This document shows, piece after piece, positions 38,164 to 47,035 of a stretch of 64,000 bases of DNA. Source of the DNA: an uncultured virus (IMG/VR IMGVR_UViG_2770939491_000001) (Duplodnaviria > Heunggongvirae > Uroviricota > Caudoviricetes); IMG/VR virus record IMGVR_UViG_2770939491_000001. One strand, 5' to 3'. Positions within the stretch are counted from its first letter, which is position 1, and every line of letters starts with the position of its first letter. The notes under the pieces were generated by a model. That model ran no database searches, was not told the origin of the DNA, and saw nothing but the letters and a program-made list of their open reading frames with translations. The position numbers were made by a program, and so were the translations under genes.

Positions 38164-38237
38164 TGCCCTCCGCTGGGGTCGAACCAGCAACATCCGGGGT
38201 TTGAATCCGGCACCTCTGCCAATTGGGTCAGAAGGGC
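38164..38237 (-). tRNA. tRNA-Leu(CAA) with short variable loop
   Basis: Acceptor GCCCTTC/GGAGGGC; loop ttCAAac; GCTGG-TTCGACC-CCAGC; variable region only ATGTT. Confidence 0.8.
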
Positions 38238-38240
38238 AAA

Positions 38241-38315
38241 GCCCCCGCGCCCTGGAATTGAACCAGGTTCCTCCCGCGTTTGGGCGGGCGCTCTAACGAT
38301 GAGCTAGCCGAGGAC
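38241..38315 (-). ncRNA. tRNA-like element or pseudo-tRNA
   Basis: D arm GCTC/GAGC; T arm CCTGG-TTCAATT-CCAGG; anticodon stem CCCGC/GCGGG with a 6-nt loop; irregular extended acceptor. Confidence 0.7.
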
Positions 38316-38399
38316 TGTTCAGTTGTCAGCGCCAGCCGGTGCATCTCGGCTGGGCAGGTTGTGTGCTACGCGATCGGGCTACCGATCCGGTTTTGGGCA

Positions 38400-38440
38400 C
38401 ACGAAATGCACGAGACTGAGAATAGCATCCGGCGGACACA
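38400..38440 (-). promoter_or_regulatory. Putative late promoter region upstream of the tRNA/ncRNA cluster
   Basis: TGcTATTCT extended -10-like hexamer on the minus strand in an AT-richer intergenic stretch. Confidence 0.4.
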
Positions 38441-38488
38441 GTTTCCGGCTTTCATTATCACAATTCGATAACATTCGCCGACGCCTAT

Positions 38489-38773
38489 TCACGCCGCATC
38501 CCTCACACGCTCAGCAGGCTTACGCCGATGAATCGCCCTACCCGCACCATTCGGCCCATAGAACTCATCACGCGTGTACTGACCCGCAACAACCTCGGAA
38601 GCAGAATGACCGATATGCCAGCCGCCAAGGATATGCGGGCATTTGTACGCCTGGATATGCTCGCCCTTGAAACGCCGCTTCCCAGCGAGGCGCGCGTCCT
38701 TCCGAGACTGATACGCCTGCTTGTTGCAATACCGACACTGACCGAACGGGCGAGCATCCTGCGCACGACTCAT
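38489..38773 (-). CDS. Small basic zinc-finger-like protein
   Basis: CRYCNKQAY...AYKCPHILGGWHIGH. Confidence 0.7.
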   Translation of the reverse strand: MSRAQDARPFGQCRYCNKQAYQSRKDARLAGKRRFKGEHIQAYKCPHILGGWHIGHSASEVVAGQYTRDEFYGPNGAGRAIHRRKPAERVRDAA

Positions 38774-39384
38774 GCCGCGTCCTCGATCACATCCACACCG
38801 AGCGCACCCGCGATATTCGGAGGCGCCCAATGCGCAGGTTTGAGTATTTTGCCGTCCTCGCGGCGGATCACTTTGCCGTCGACCAGCTTCGACATGTTCG
38901 ACCGCTGCACCTCCGCCCACACGCGGTCCATCGGCAGGTGCAGCATGATCGCCAAACCGGCCAGCTGGTACATCGAGTGGTGCGTGGCGGCATCGACCTC
39001 GATTAGATTCTGGTCGACGATGGCTTTGCGGATACGTTCGTCTGCCCGCTCGAGCTCGTCACCGATGTAGGCCATTGTGTGTGTCGCATCGAAATCAGCC
39101 CAATGCGGGCCGTCGACGGCGGTCGGCAGCAGGTCGTGGATGTAAGTGCGGGCCAGGCCGAGCCGCAGCAGCAGGCCGGCGCGCACGTACAAGCTGTCGG
39201 CGATCGCGTCGGCCGCCTCGACTAGGTTGCGGGCCGCGAGCGCGAACAGGAGTTCGTCGCGTTCTTCCTCGATCAGTCGCACAGCGAGCGCGATCTCGTC
39301 GTCGGTCACCCAGCCCGGCGTCTCCCGCAGACGCACACCACAGGCGGCATTGAACTGTCGGACGTCGTTCCATAGGTCGCTCAT
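38770..39384 (-). CDS. MazG-like nucleotide pyrophosphohydrolase
   Basis: LIEEERDEL...EAADAIADSLYV; EVQRSNMSK...REDGKILKP. Confidence 0.88.
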   Translation of the reverse strand: MSDLWNDVRQFNAACGVRLRETPGWVTDDEIALAVRLIEEERDELLFALAARNLVEAADAIADSLYVRAGLLLRLGLARTYIHDLLPTAVDGPHWADFDATHTMAYIGDELERADERIRKAIVDQNLIEVDAATHHSMYQLAGLAIMLHLPMDRVWAEVQRSNMSKLVDGKVIRREDGKILKPAHWAPPNIAGALGVDVIEDAA

Positions 39385-39440
39385 CGTGAAACCTCCTCAG
39401 TCAGTTGGTCATCCAGGTACGTCATCGCCCGCATCAGGTC

Positions 39441-39611
39441 CTACTTCCGGGCTGTGTGGGTGAGGTGCCATGTGGGGCTGTTGTGTTTGCCGCACCGGTA
39501 CACGCGGATCGGGCCACCCAGTGACGGGTTGTGGCCTCGTAGCGCACGAGTCGCGGCGGTCTTGGTGGGGTACTTGCGTTTCTGGCAGCGTGGAGGTTTC
39601 GGGTTAGCCAC
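39441..39611 (-). CDS. Small basic zinc-finger-like protein (56 aa, not in ORF track)
   Basis: CQKRKYPT...RVYRCGKHNSPTWHLTH. Confidence 0.6.
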   Translation of the reverse strand: MANPKPPRCQKRKYPTKTAATRALRGHNPSLGGPIRVYRCGKHNSPTWHLTHTARK

Positions 39612-39738
39612 GGTCACGCTCCGCGTTCGCTTCCCGGACGAGATGCAGCAGGCCGAACACGACCAGCCCGCCCACGATCAGGAACCCGAGCACCACAACG
39701 CCGACGAGCAGCCACAGCACGAGCATCACCGCGGTCAC
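39604..39738 (-). CDS. Small single-TM protein
   Basis: Hydrophobic 44-aa ORF with overlapping start/stop. Confidence 0.55.
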   Translation of the reverse strand: MTAVMLVLWLLVGVVVLGFLIVGGLVVFGLLHLVREANAERDRG

Positions 39739-40286
39739 TCGGCCACCTCGTTCGGTTCGTGCAGCGCGACCACGCGGGCGATGCCGGGTGTGAGTTCGTT
39801 GTGCCAATCCGCAGACTGCTCCGCCTTCCCCCGGGTCAGGTCCATCGGAATGAGCTGCGTGTAGCTGTTGGCTTGAACGAGGGCGGCGTACCCGAGCGGC
39901 TCCCGTTCGGCAGCGTCCCGGTCCCGGATCAGTTCGTCGACGACCTGCGTGTAATTGGTGCAGTCGGTCCGCAGTTCGCGGATCTCGGCCTCCAGTTCGT
40001 CGACCCGAGCGCGGGCGTCGTCACGTTGATCGAGGACGGCGTCGATCATGTCCGCCAACTCCGTGGACTTACCGTCCGCAGCCTGCCAGAGGGCGTTCCA
40101 CCGATCGGTGTCATCGGCTGCACGACGGGCCTGCTGGAACGCCCGTGACTGCCACCCCTCCAGGTCGGCCACGCGGGCACGTTCGGTCAGCAGCTCGGCG
40201 GCGAGGCGCGCGATGGTGTCACGGCCCGGCTGGAACGGGGTCGCGGCCAGGTTCTCCAACTGCTTGGTGGTGAAGGAGTCGGTCAC
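39735..40286 (-). CDS. Coiled-coil hypothetical protein
   Basis: ARVADLE / ARVDELEAE repeats; GTGA coupling. Confidence 0.65.
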   Translation of the reverse strand: MTDSFTTKQLENLAATPFQPGRDTIARLAAELLTERARVADLEGWQSRAFQQARRAADDTDRWNALWQAADGKSTELADMIDAVLDQRDDARARVDELEAEIRELRTDCTNYTQVVDELIRDRDAAEREPLGYAALVQANSYTQLIPMDLTRGKAEQSADWHNELTPGIARVVALHEPNEVAE

Positions 40287-40879
40287 GGGATCACCTGCGT
40301 CATCGGCACCGCACCGGGTGTGCCCTCGTCGCACCAGTCCCACTCGATGTCAAACGACGGGCCGCTTCGAAAGTTGGTAGCCCACTTGCGTTCAACACCA
40401 GCAATGAGATCGGGCAGGGCTCCCACGTAATCGCACAGTTCGTCACGCCCACCGTTCTCGCGAGCCTCAGCGCTGATCGCAGCGACCAGGCGGCGGGTCT
40501 CCGGGTGACCGTAAGCGGTCCAACCCCAGTCGTCCTCGTGTGAGAACAGATGCACGCCGTAGTGGGCTGAACCGCACTCCTCCGGCGTGATCGGTGGGCG
40601 AACTTCACCGGGCGGCTCGACGCCGCGTTCAGCGGCTACACGAAGCTGGTCCAGGGCTGTGCCGCAGGCGACACACAGGTCGGGCCCAGCGAGTTGTGAG
40701 CGTTCGGCTTCCAGCGCGTCGGCGCGGTCGCGCAAGGCACGAACAACCTCTGGCAAATGCTCCCAAGCGGTATCTTCCGATGCGCCAAGGCTTTCGACGA
40801 TGTGCGCAAGGACCACATTGGCCCGGTCGCGATCGCGAGTGACTTGCGCGAGATGACGGTCTGAGAATCGGTCAGCCAC
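40283..40879 (-). CDS. Hypothetical protein
   Basis: 198 aa, translationally coupled. Confidence 0.6.
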   Translation of the reverse strand: MADRFSDRHLAQVTRDRDRANVVLAHIVESLGASEDTAWEHLPEVVRALRDRADALEAERSQLAGPDLCVACGTALDQLRVAAERGVEPPGEVRPPITPEECGSAHYGVHLFSHEDDWGWTAYGHPETRRLVAAISAEARENGGRDELCDYVGALPDLIAGVERKWATNFRSGPSFDIEWDWCDEGTPGAVPMTQVIP

Positions 40880-41804
40880 GACCGGCCTCCTTCGGGTATT
40901 CGTCCCACGTCTCTTCGTCGAGTTCACGGCCAGCGGCCTTCTTTCCGAGGCGCCAGTACTCGTCGCGGCTTTCGCCCGCGTGGTAGCAGTCCCAGGACCG
41001 GAATGCGTCCTCGGTCATCTGGTTGGGGGTCACGTACTCGCCCCACTGTTTGAAAAGAAGGGCGACCTCGGACTGAACGCACTGGTCGCGGAGGGAGCGC
41101 ACCCAATCCGGGTGCATCGGCCGGGCGCCCCGACCTGACTCGCCGCCGACGATCACCCAGTCGAGGCACTCGATTCGCGACCATGGCGAGCAATGGTCTT
41201 CGTCGCCGCAGGCACTTGGGTCTTCCAGCGGCTCAAGGTACTGCGCAAGGTCGATCGGCCCGAGAAGCGGTTCAGCCGAAACGAACCGGACAGCCGCAGG
41301 TGTGTCGAGCAGGACCGGGATTCGAACGTCTGCCCACTTCTGGTCCTCAGCGGAGACGCCGAGCCACACGTTCGGGAGAGGCCAGGCATCGCCCATCACA
41401 TCCGGCAACTCAAGCTCAACCGACTTGAACACCAACTCACGGAACGCATCCGATCCCAGCAGTGAACGCATCCGACCGGGCCGCTTCGTCAACACCTGGA
41501 ACGTGTGCTGCTCCGCGTGCGCCATCACCCCGAACACCTTCGCGATGAACTCGTCCGGGATGCCAGCGTGGAACAGGTCCGACATGCTATTCACGAACAC
41601 GCGCCGCGGCTTCCGCCACCGCAACGGCTCACCCAAACGCTCCGGGCGCAACGTCACACCGAACCCGTTCGGGAACTGCGGTGTGCCCGCGAACCGGTGC
41701 GCGATCCCCTCCGCGTAGCAGTTGTCGCAGCCCGGAGAGACCTTGTCGCAGCCAGTGATCGGATTCCATGTCTGGTCGGTCCATTCGATCGAGGTCTTAC
41801 CCAC
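40872..41804 (-). CDS. Phage Gp37/Gp68 (DUF5131) radical-SAM-like protein
   Basis: IEWTDQTWNPITGCDKVSPGCDNCYA, FVNSMSDLFH, WVIVGGESG, FKQWG. Confidence 0.93.
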   Translation of the reverse strand: MGKTSIEWTDQTWNPITGCDKVSPGCDNCYAEGIAHRFAGTPQFPNGFGVTLRPERLGEPLRWRKPRRVFVNSMSDLFHAGIPDEFIAKVFGVMAHAEQHTFQVLTKRPGRMRSLLGSDAFRELVFKSVELELPDVMGDAWPLPNVWLGVSAEDQKWADVRIPVLLDTPAAVRFVSAEPLLGPIDLAQYLEPLEDPSACGDEDHCSPWSRIECLDWVIVGGESGRGARPMHPDWVRSLRDQCVQSEVALLFKQWGEYVTPNQMTEDAFRSWDCYHAGESRDEYWRLGKKAAGRELDEETWDEYPKEAGRG

Positions 41805-41941
41805 GGTCGGACCGATCTCTGGTCAGGAGCTCCGAGACGGCCGCTTCCAGGAGGTCGCGGACGGCGAGCGGGTCGCGGTCGACGAGGATGTCGATGTCGG
41901 CGAACGGGTCACCGGACGCGAGCAGTTCAGCGAGTCGGGGG

Positions 41942-42157
41942 TCAGTGGGCATCGGTGGTCTCCTCGGTCAGGTATTCGAGTTCCCATGTCGGATGGAAGG
42001 GCAGCGGGTGCTTGTCGCCGTCGAGGCGGATGCGGAGGCCGCCGTGGCGAGCAGATGTGATGGTGCCGAGCCGCGGGGCTCCGTCGCCCGTGTACCGGAC
42101 ACGGCCGCCGCGCTTCGCTGGTACGGCGTAGTAGTCGCGGACGTACTTCATGCTCAT
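41942..42157 (-). CDS. Small hypothetical protein
   Basis: MSMKYVRDYYAVPAKRGGRVRY...FHPTWELEYL. Confidence 0.7.
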   Translation of the reverse strand: MSMKYVRDYYAVPAKRGGRVRYTGDGAPRLGTITSARHGGLRIRLDGDKHPLPFHPTWELEYLTEETTDAH

Positions 42158-42375
42158 CGACCGGCCTCCTGCTCCAGCCAGACCAACCGGTGCGTGACTC
42201 GCGATCCCAGATAGGCGAGCCAGTACAGCGGGTGCCATCGGCTGACGCGCCGGTAGCGGCCCCCGTGGAGTTGCCGCACGTACCAGCGGCCGTCCTCGCC
42301 TTCTCCGAGCAGGAACGGCGTGTCACAGAAAACCCGATCGGCGGTCTCGGTCCAATGCTCGACGCGGTCAGCCAC
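42154..42375 (-). CDS. Hypothetical protein
   Basis: Coupled 73-aa ORF. Confidence 0.5.
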   Translation of the reverse strand: MADRVEHWTETADRVFCDTPFLLGEGEDGRWYVRQLHGGRYRRVSRWHPLYWLAYLGSRVTHRLVWLEQEAGR

Positions 42376-42700
42376 GGCTCTCCTCCTCGCTGAGGTAGGT
42401 GTTCGGTCCGCAGTCGGTACCGCACTGGTCGCACCGCCACCGCCCGCCGGCATCACCGCTACGGCTGTCGTGCGGGCAGTCGGGGTCCTCGTCGGCATCG
42501 GGAGCGCACGACGGGCACAGGTGCGGGCCCGCGACCGTGACCGCTCGGCCCGCACCAGGCGTGACCCAGTCCGACGAGTCCATGTCCTCCAGGACGCTGG
42601 ACTCGTCCGTCCATGCCCAGTAGTCGGAGCCCATGTCCGCCATGGTCTTGTCGCAGCCGTCGCACACGCCTTGATGCATGGTCACTTCACGGATCGCCAT
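42368..42700 (-). CDS. Cys-rich hypothetical protein
   Basis: CDGC, HLCPSC, CPH and CDQC motifs. Confidence 0.6.
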   Translation of the reverse strand: MAIREVTMHQGVCDGCDKTMADMGSDYWAWTDESSVLEDMDSSDWVTPGAGRAVTVAGPHLCPSCAPDADEDPDCPHDSRSGDAGGRWRCDQCGTDCGPNTYLSEEESRG

Positions 42701-43017
42701 CAGGCCTCCTCGGTGGGGACGTACAGGACGGTGGCGGGGAGGTGTGGCACGCCGTACTGGCGACCCATCGTGAGTGCGCTGGACGCCCGCACCCAGCCGT
42801 ACGGAGGCTCGGTGCTGATCCGTGTGCACCCGGCTTCGAAGAAGTCCACGACGATCGACCCGACTGGCAGCGCGTCCAGCTCGGCCCGGTCGGTGATCTC
42901 GCGGGCGGGTGGACGCCAGCCCGCGCGGACAATTCGCTCGGCCCCCTCACGGGCGGCGCAGAGGTCGATGCCAACGATGCGGCGCAGGATGTCGGCCAGG
43001 GTGTCGCGGTCACTCAT
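42700..43017 (-). CDS. Hypothetical protein (ELDALPVGS family), paralog of 61232..61558
   Basis: PAREITDRAELDALPVGSIV...TVLYVPTEEA. Confidence 0.75.
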   Translation of the reverse strand: MSDRDTLADILRRIVGIDLCAAREGAERIVRAGWRPPAREITDRAELDALPVGSIVVDFFEAGCTRISTEPPYGWVRASSALTMGRQYGVPHLPATVLYVPTEEA

Positions 43018-43477
43018 CGCGGGCCTCCTCGGTGGTGGGCTTCGGGCCGGTCTTCTCGCCGGGCTCATAGGGCACGGTCCAGCCGAGCTTCTGGGCGAGC
43101 TGGCGGCGGGCTTCCGCGCCGCCCTGCCAGCGGTAGTAGTCGTGGTCGGCGCTCGGGGCCGCTTCTCGACAGGCGGTGACGTATTCCGGCCGCTGATCGA
43201 TGTGCTCACGCACCTTGTCGAGCTGGGCGCGGGCGTCGTTGCGTTCCATCACGCGCTGTTCGCAGCTGACGTGGAGGTCGTGGTACTCGCGGCGGTGGGC
43301 GGCGCACGACACGTCCAGTTTGTTCACCTCGTTGCGGAGTCGTTCGATCTCGTCGGCCAGCGCGGTCAGCAGGTTGCGCGCTGCCGAGACGACACGGTCG
43401 CGGGGATCGATGTCGTCGGCGCGGAGGCGGTCGGTCATGGCGCGGGCATCGGCCACCAGGTCGCGGTCACTCGCCAT
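43010..43477 (-). CDS. Coiled-coil hypothetical protein
   Basis: 155 aa, coupled. Confidence 0.6.
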   Translation of the reverse strand: MASDRDLVADARAMTDRLRADDIDPRDRVVSAARNLLTALADEIERLRNEVNKLDVSCAAHRREYHDLHVSCEQRVMERNDARAQLDKVREHIDQRPEYVTACREAAPSADHDYYRWQGGAEARRQLAQKLGWTVPYEPGEKTGPKPTTEEARDE

Positions 43478-43802
43478 CGGGCACCACCGTGAACAGGTTC
43501 TTGACGCGTCCCTTGTACAGGTCGCCGGGCGAGAACTTCGCAGGGATCGTCAGCCGCCCAACGACCTTGTTGTGCAACGACATATAGCCACTACCGCCCC
43601 ACTCCACGAGCACATCAACGTGTTCTTCGGAGATCACGTCTGCGGGGAACAACTCGTACTGGGGGTCCAGTTCCTCCGCGTTGATCGCGGTCAGGAACTC
43701 AGCCAGCCAAGTCAACGGTTGTTCGTTGCCGTCGACCTGGAGCCAGAAAGTCCAGGTCTCACCCTCATGGTCGTTGGTCTCGGTGTAGCGCATGAACTGC
43801 AT
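43467..43802 (-). CDS. Hypothetical protein
   Basis: ETNDHEGETWTFWLQ...DLYKG. Confidence 0.7.
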   Translation of the reverse strand: MQFMRYTETNDHEGETWTFWLQVDGNEQPLTWLAEFLTAINAEELDPQYELFPADVISEEHVDVLVEWGGSGYMSLHNKVVGRLTIPAKFSPGDLYKGRVKNLFTVVPDGE

Positions 43803-44203
43803 CAGGACTCCTCGGGAAGAAGTTCGGCCGCGCGCTGCCGGATCGATTCGTCCGCGCGGACCAGGTAATTGGCGAACCCGACGTACAGCTGCCCGACGTC
43901 ACCCATCTGCATCGTCGGATTCAGGTCGAACCGGAGGCCATGCCCAGCGAGGTCGGTGACGAACGCTTCCAACTCGGCGACCCGCGCCTGCAACGCTTCG
44001 ACAGTCGGCGGCGGATCGTCGAGCCGCCGGTACTTCGCGAGAAGACCGCGGTACCCGATCACCCGCCGACGCGTAGACCCGACAGTGCCTTTCACCATGA
44101 ACTGGCGTTCACCGCACCACGCTGGCTCCTCACTCAGGACGACCAGCCCGCGCGTACCGTCCTTCGACTCCCACTCGGAACCAACCAGCTCAGAAGTCGT
44201 CAT
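43802..44203 (-). CDS. Hypothetical protein
   Basis: 133 aa, coupled. Confidence 0.55.
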   Translation of the reverse strand: MTTSELVGSEWESKDGTRGLVVLSEEPAWCGERQFMVKGTVGSTRRRVIGYRGLLAKYRRLDDPPPTVEALQARVAELEAFVTDLAGHGLRFDLNPTMQMGDVGQLYVGFANYLVRADESIRQRAAELLPEES

Positions 44204-45140
44204 GATCGGGCACCCCCAACCGCAGCAACGGGACGCCCAACCGGTGCCACAGACGGCACACCTGCAGCCGATCATCGAAGGCACCGAGGACATGAAAGCG
44301 GTTGCGGATCTTCTCGTCGAAAATCTCGTACTTCACCCGGAAATCCGGCCGCTTGTCGCCTGCTTTGCGCATGTGCAGTTCGGTGAATGTCACGCCGTGG
44401 TTGAGCAACCAGTCAGCGGTCTCGGTCATGCAATCCGAATCACGGCCGGACAGGACAATGATCGCCGAATCCTCCGCCAGCTTCCGCACCACCTCGATCG
44501 TGTGCTTGATCGGAATATCGCGATGAACCTGCGTGTAGTCGTAAATCCCACGATCCGGATGCTTCTGCGCGACGGTGCCGTCAACGTCCACGATCCACGC
44601 CGGCGGCAGCACCGGATTCGGCACGTACGGGGTCGGGTAGAAATGCAGGTCCGGTGACGGCTTCACGGTCGGCCAGTTCTTGCGGGGGAACTTCCGGGCG
44701 AGCGCACGGATCGCGTCCTCCCCCACCATCCGACCACCCGCCGCGCCGCGCTCAGCGTCACGGCGCACGCATTCGTCGACCGAGGTGTCCAGGTCGATCA
44801 CCGCAATGTCAGCACCGTGCAACGCGGCGAAGTTCGCCCAACCGCGGGTCCACTGCGGGCGCAAGTTCATGGCGTCGACGAAAACGTCGTAGCCCGCGTC
44901 GAGCAGGGCGGCAGCCTGTGCGCGTTCAGCTTTCGAGATGATCTCTTCCTGCGCGGGCGACAGGCGGCCGGACGCGCCGAACAGGGTCGCCCGCATGTCG
45001 TCACGTGATACGCGCGCGAGACGCGGGTTGTCCTCACGCATCCGGCGGAACAGACTAGATTTGCCAGCTCCGGGAAGACCACGTGGCAGGACGATCTGTC
45101 GCCGCGTCGGCGGATCGATCACATCTTTCACTTCGGTCAT
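44190..45140 (-). CDS. pnk: Polynucleotide kinase / 3'-phosphatase (T4 Pnk-like)
   Basis: P-loop GLPGAGKS, VSRDDMR, VDAMNL; HAD DVDGTVA, LSGR, FDDR. Confidence 0.92.
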   Translation of the reverse strand: MTEVKDVIDPPTRRQIVLPRGLPGAGKSSLFRRMREDNPRLARVSRDDMRATLFGASGRLSPAQEEIISKAERAQAAALLDAGYDVFVDAMNLRPQWTRGWANFAALHGADIAVIDLDTSVDECVRRDAERGAAGGRMVGEDAIRALARKFPRKNWPTVKPSPDLHFYPTPYVPNPVLPPAWIVDVDGTVAQKHPDRGIYDYTQVHRDIPIKHTIEVVRKLAEDSAIIVLSGRDSDCMTETADWLLNHGVTFTELHMRKAGDKRPDFRVKYEIFDEKIRNRFHVLGAFDDRLQVCRLWHRLGVPLLRLGVPDHDDF

Positions 45141-45709
45141 TACGCGGCCACCCCATTCGTCAGCTGCAGGTACCGCTGGTCCGCGAAAGCGGCCCAATCC
45201 AGATGTGGATTGCGACGCTTGGCTGAATGGGCGATGTCGCATGCCCGACAGCTTCGCTTTCCCCGACGGGATAGCGCTGCAACGAGATTCGGCTCTACCA
45301 GCTCGTGCCCCCGCGGGCAGTGGGTCTTACGCGCCTCTTTGTGGGTGCCGTGCCCCACAGCGTCCTTCTGATTGTCAGAGACAGTGCCCCACGCCAAGTT
45401 GTCCACCACGTTGTTGCCCGGGTCGCCATCAAGGTGCCTGCAAACCGCGCCAGCAGGCGCTGGCCCGATGAAATGCGTAGCCACCAGTACGTGCACCTGG
45501 ACGGTCGTTGTGAGCCCGTCTCGCGACAGGCAAACGCGATGGTGCCCGTCTCGAACCACGTCTTCGCGCAGTATCCGGGATCGCACATGCCACTCTCCGG
45601 AGAAGTTCCCAACGTGCGAAACGATCCGATCCAACGACCGCACACGTCCCTTGTCCGAAACCTCGTACAACCGCTCCCACCCGACGACCGGGCGCCACTC
45701 CTCGCTCAC
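45140..45709 (-). CDS. NUMOD4-HNH homing endonuclease
   Basis: EEWRPVVGWERLYEVSDKGRVRS; CRHLDGDPGNNVVDNL; THCPRGH...CRAC. Confidence 0.92.
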   Translation of the reverse strand: MSEEWRPVVGWERLYEVSDKGRVRSLDRIVSHVGNFSGEWHVRSRILREDVVRDGHHRVCLSRDGLTTTVQVHVLVATHFIGPAPAGAVCRHLDGDPGNNVVDNLAWGTVSDNQKDAVGHGTHKEARKTHCPRGHELVEPNLVAALSRRGKRSCRACDIAHSAKRRNPHLDWAAFADQRYLQLTNGVAA

Positions 45710-46971
45710 GCCGCGTCCCCCAACGACTCCAGGTCGACGACGCCCTTGTCGTTCTGCTTCGTTTCGAAGGCGTAGAACGCGGGAGACTTCGCCTTGGCGA
45801 AGTAGGGCACGATGCCCTCGACACGTAGGACTACGCCCTCGTCCACGGTCTTGCCAGGATCGAGGGGCAGTGCTTGCCGGTAGCCCTCGTCGTGGAACCG
45901 CTTGTCGAGCCAGTCCTCGGCGACGAAATCAGCGTGCAGACCCGACCACAACTCGGGCACGTGCATCAGGTCGCGGTCACGGCAGAATTCCTTCACCGCA
46001 TCCCACGACAGGTCAACAGAGATGCCCTGCTCATTGACCACCGCGACGCGGTACACGAGCAGTTCGGCGTGGCCGACCGGCATCCCATAGGTGTAACCAG
46101 CTTGCAGGGCTTTGCCGTTGGGCTCCCAGCCTACGAGCTCGCCATACACGATGTAGTTCTTCGGCAGGAGACCGTCGAGCTGCTTACCGTAGTGCGTCCA
46201 CACGTCGTTGTCGTAGAAATGCTGCTGGTCAGGGTTGTTCGCGTCCTTCACGACCCGACGAGAGGCGTAGACGTAGTCGAATTCGGTGAGCTGAACATTG
46301 ACGCCGAGTTTGCGGCCGATCCGTTCGAGCCAGGTCAGCTTCCGTGCGACCAGCGTGTGGCCGACACGGATTGAGGTGCCGTGCACCTTCTGGCTTGCCA
46401 CGATGCGGGTGTCGGCGGGGATCTGCCGCTCTACACGGAAGTACTGATCCGTCGAAACATGCTCCGGGAGGTAACGCTGGTCGACGCGGGTGAACGTCTT
46501 CCGCTTGTTCTTCTCCACGAGCGGTTGGGTGGCCTTGCTCGCCACCTCGTACTTGCGGCAGATTTCGTGCCCGTTCAGCTCGTCGAACGTGTCTCCGGGG
46601 GTGAGTTTGGTGATGTCGAAGCCGGTGTGCGCCAACGACTCGAGCGGCATGAACAGCGCGTCGGACCGGTGGCCACGGAGCTTGATCGCTCGCACGCGGC
46701 GGGTCTTCTCCAAGTACCCCTTCTCAGCGGGGTCCGCATTCAGCTCCGGCTCGCGGTGCAAGTTGTTCGCGTGCGCAAACTCCTCGGACAGCTGGGTTTC
46801 GGCTGTGAACACGATGCCGACATCACCGGGGGCCCGATCCTTGCCGACGATCGCTTGAAAACCGAGGACCGGGGCGCCGGCGATGTTGTCGCAACCGTCG
46901 AGCGCGTTCACTGCGGTCAGACGGACGACAACGGCAGCGTAGTTGGGGTTTTTCGGGGTAGTGAGGGCCAT
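45706..46971 (-). CDS. RNA ligase (Rnl2-like with N-terminal OB-like domain)
   Basis: Motif I QKVHGTS, VYGELVG, EGVVLR, AKAKS; N-terminal RVRAIKLRGHRS. Confidence 0.88.
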   Translation of the reverse strand: MALTTPKNPNYAAVVVRLTAVNALDGCDNIAGAPVLGFQAIVGKDRAPGDVGIVFTAETQLSEEFAHANNLHREPELNADPAEKGYLEKTRRVRAIKLRGHRSDALFMPLESLAHTGFDITKLTPGDTFDELNGHEICRKYEVASKATQPLVEKNKRKTFTRVDQRYLPEHVSTDQYFRVERQIPADTRIVASQKVHGTSIRVGHTLVARKLTWLERIGRKLGVNVQLTEFDYVYASRRVVKDANNPDQQHFYDNDVWTHYGKQLDGLLPKNYIVYGELVGWEPNGKALQAGYTYGMPVGHAELLVYRVAVVNEQGISVDLSWDAVKEFCRDRDLMHVPELWSGLHADFVAEDWLDKRFHDEGYRQALPLDPGKTVDEGVVLRVEGIVPYFAKAKSPAFYAFETKQNDKGVVDLESLGDAA

Positions 46972-46974
46972 ACG

Positions 46975-47017
46975 TGTACTGTACGCCATACTTTACGAAA
47001 GTACAGCATACTTTCAC
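46975..47017. promoter_or_regulatory. Tandem operator-like palindromes upstream of the RNA ligase
   Basis: TGTACTGTA-cgcca-TACTTTACG and ACGAAAGTA-cagca-TACTTTCAC; 15 bp identical (inverted) to 1738-1752. Confidence 0.7.
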
Positions 47018-47035
47018 TGCTTAACCGCTCAGCTT

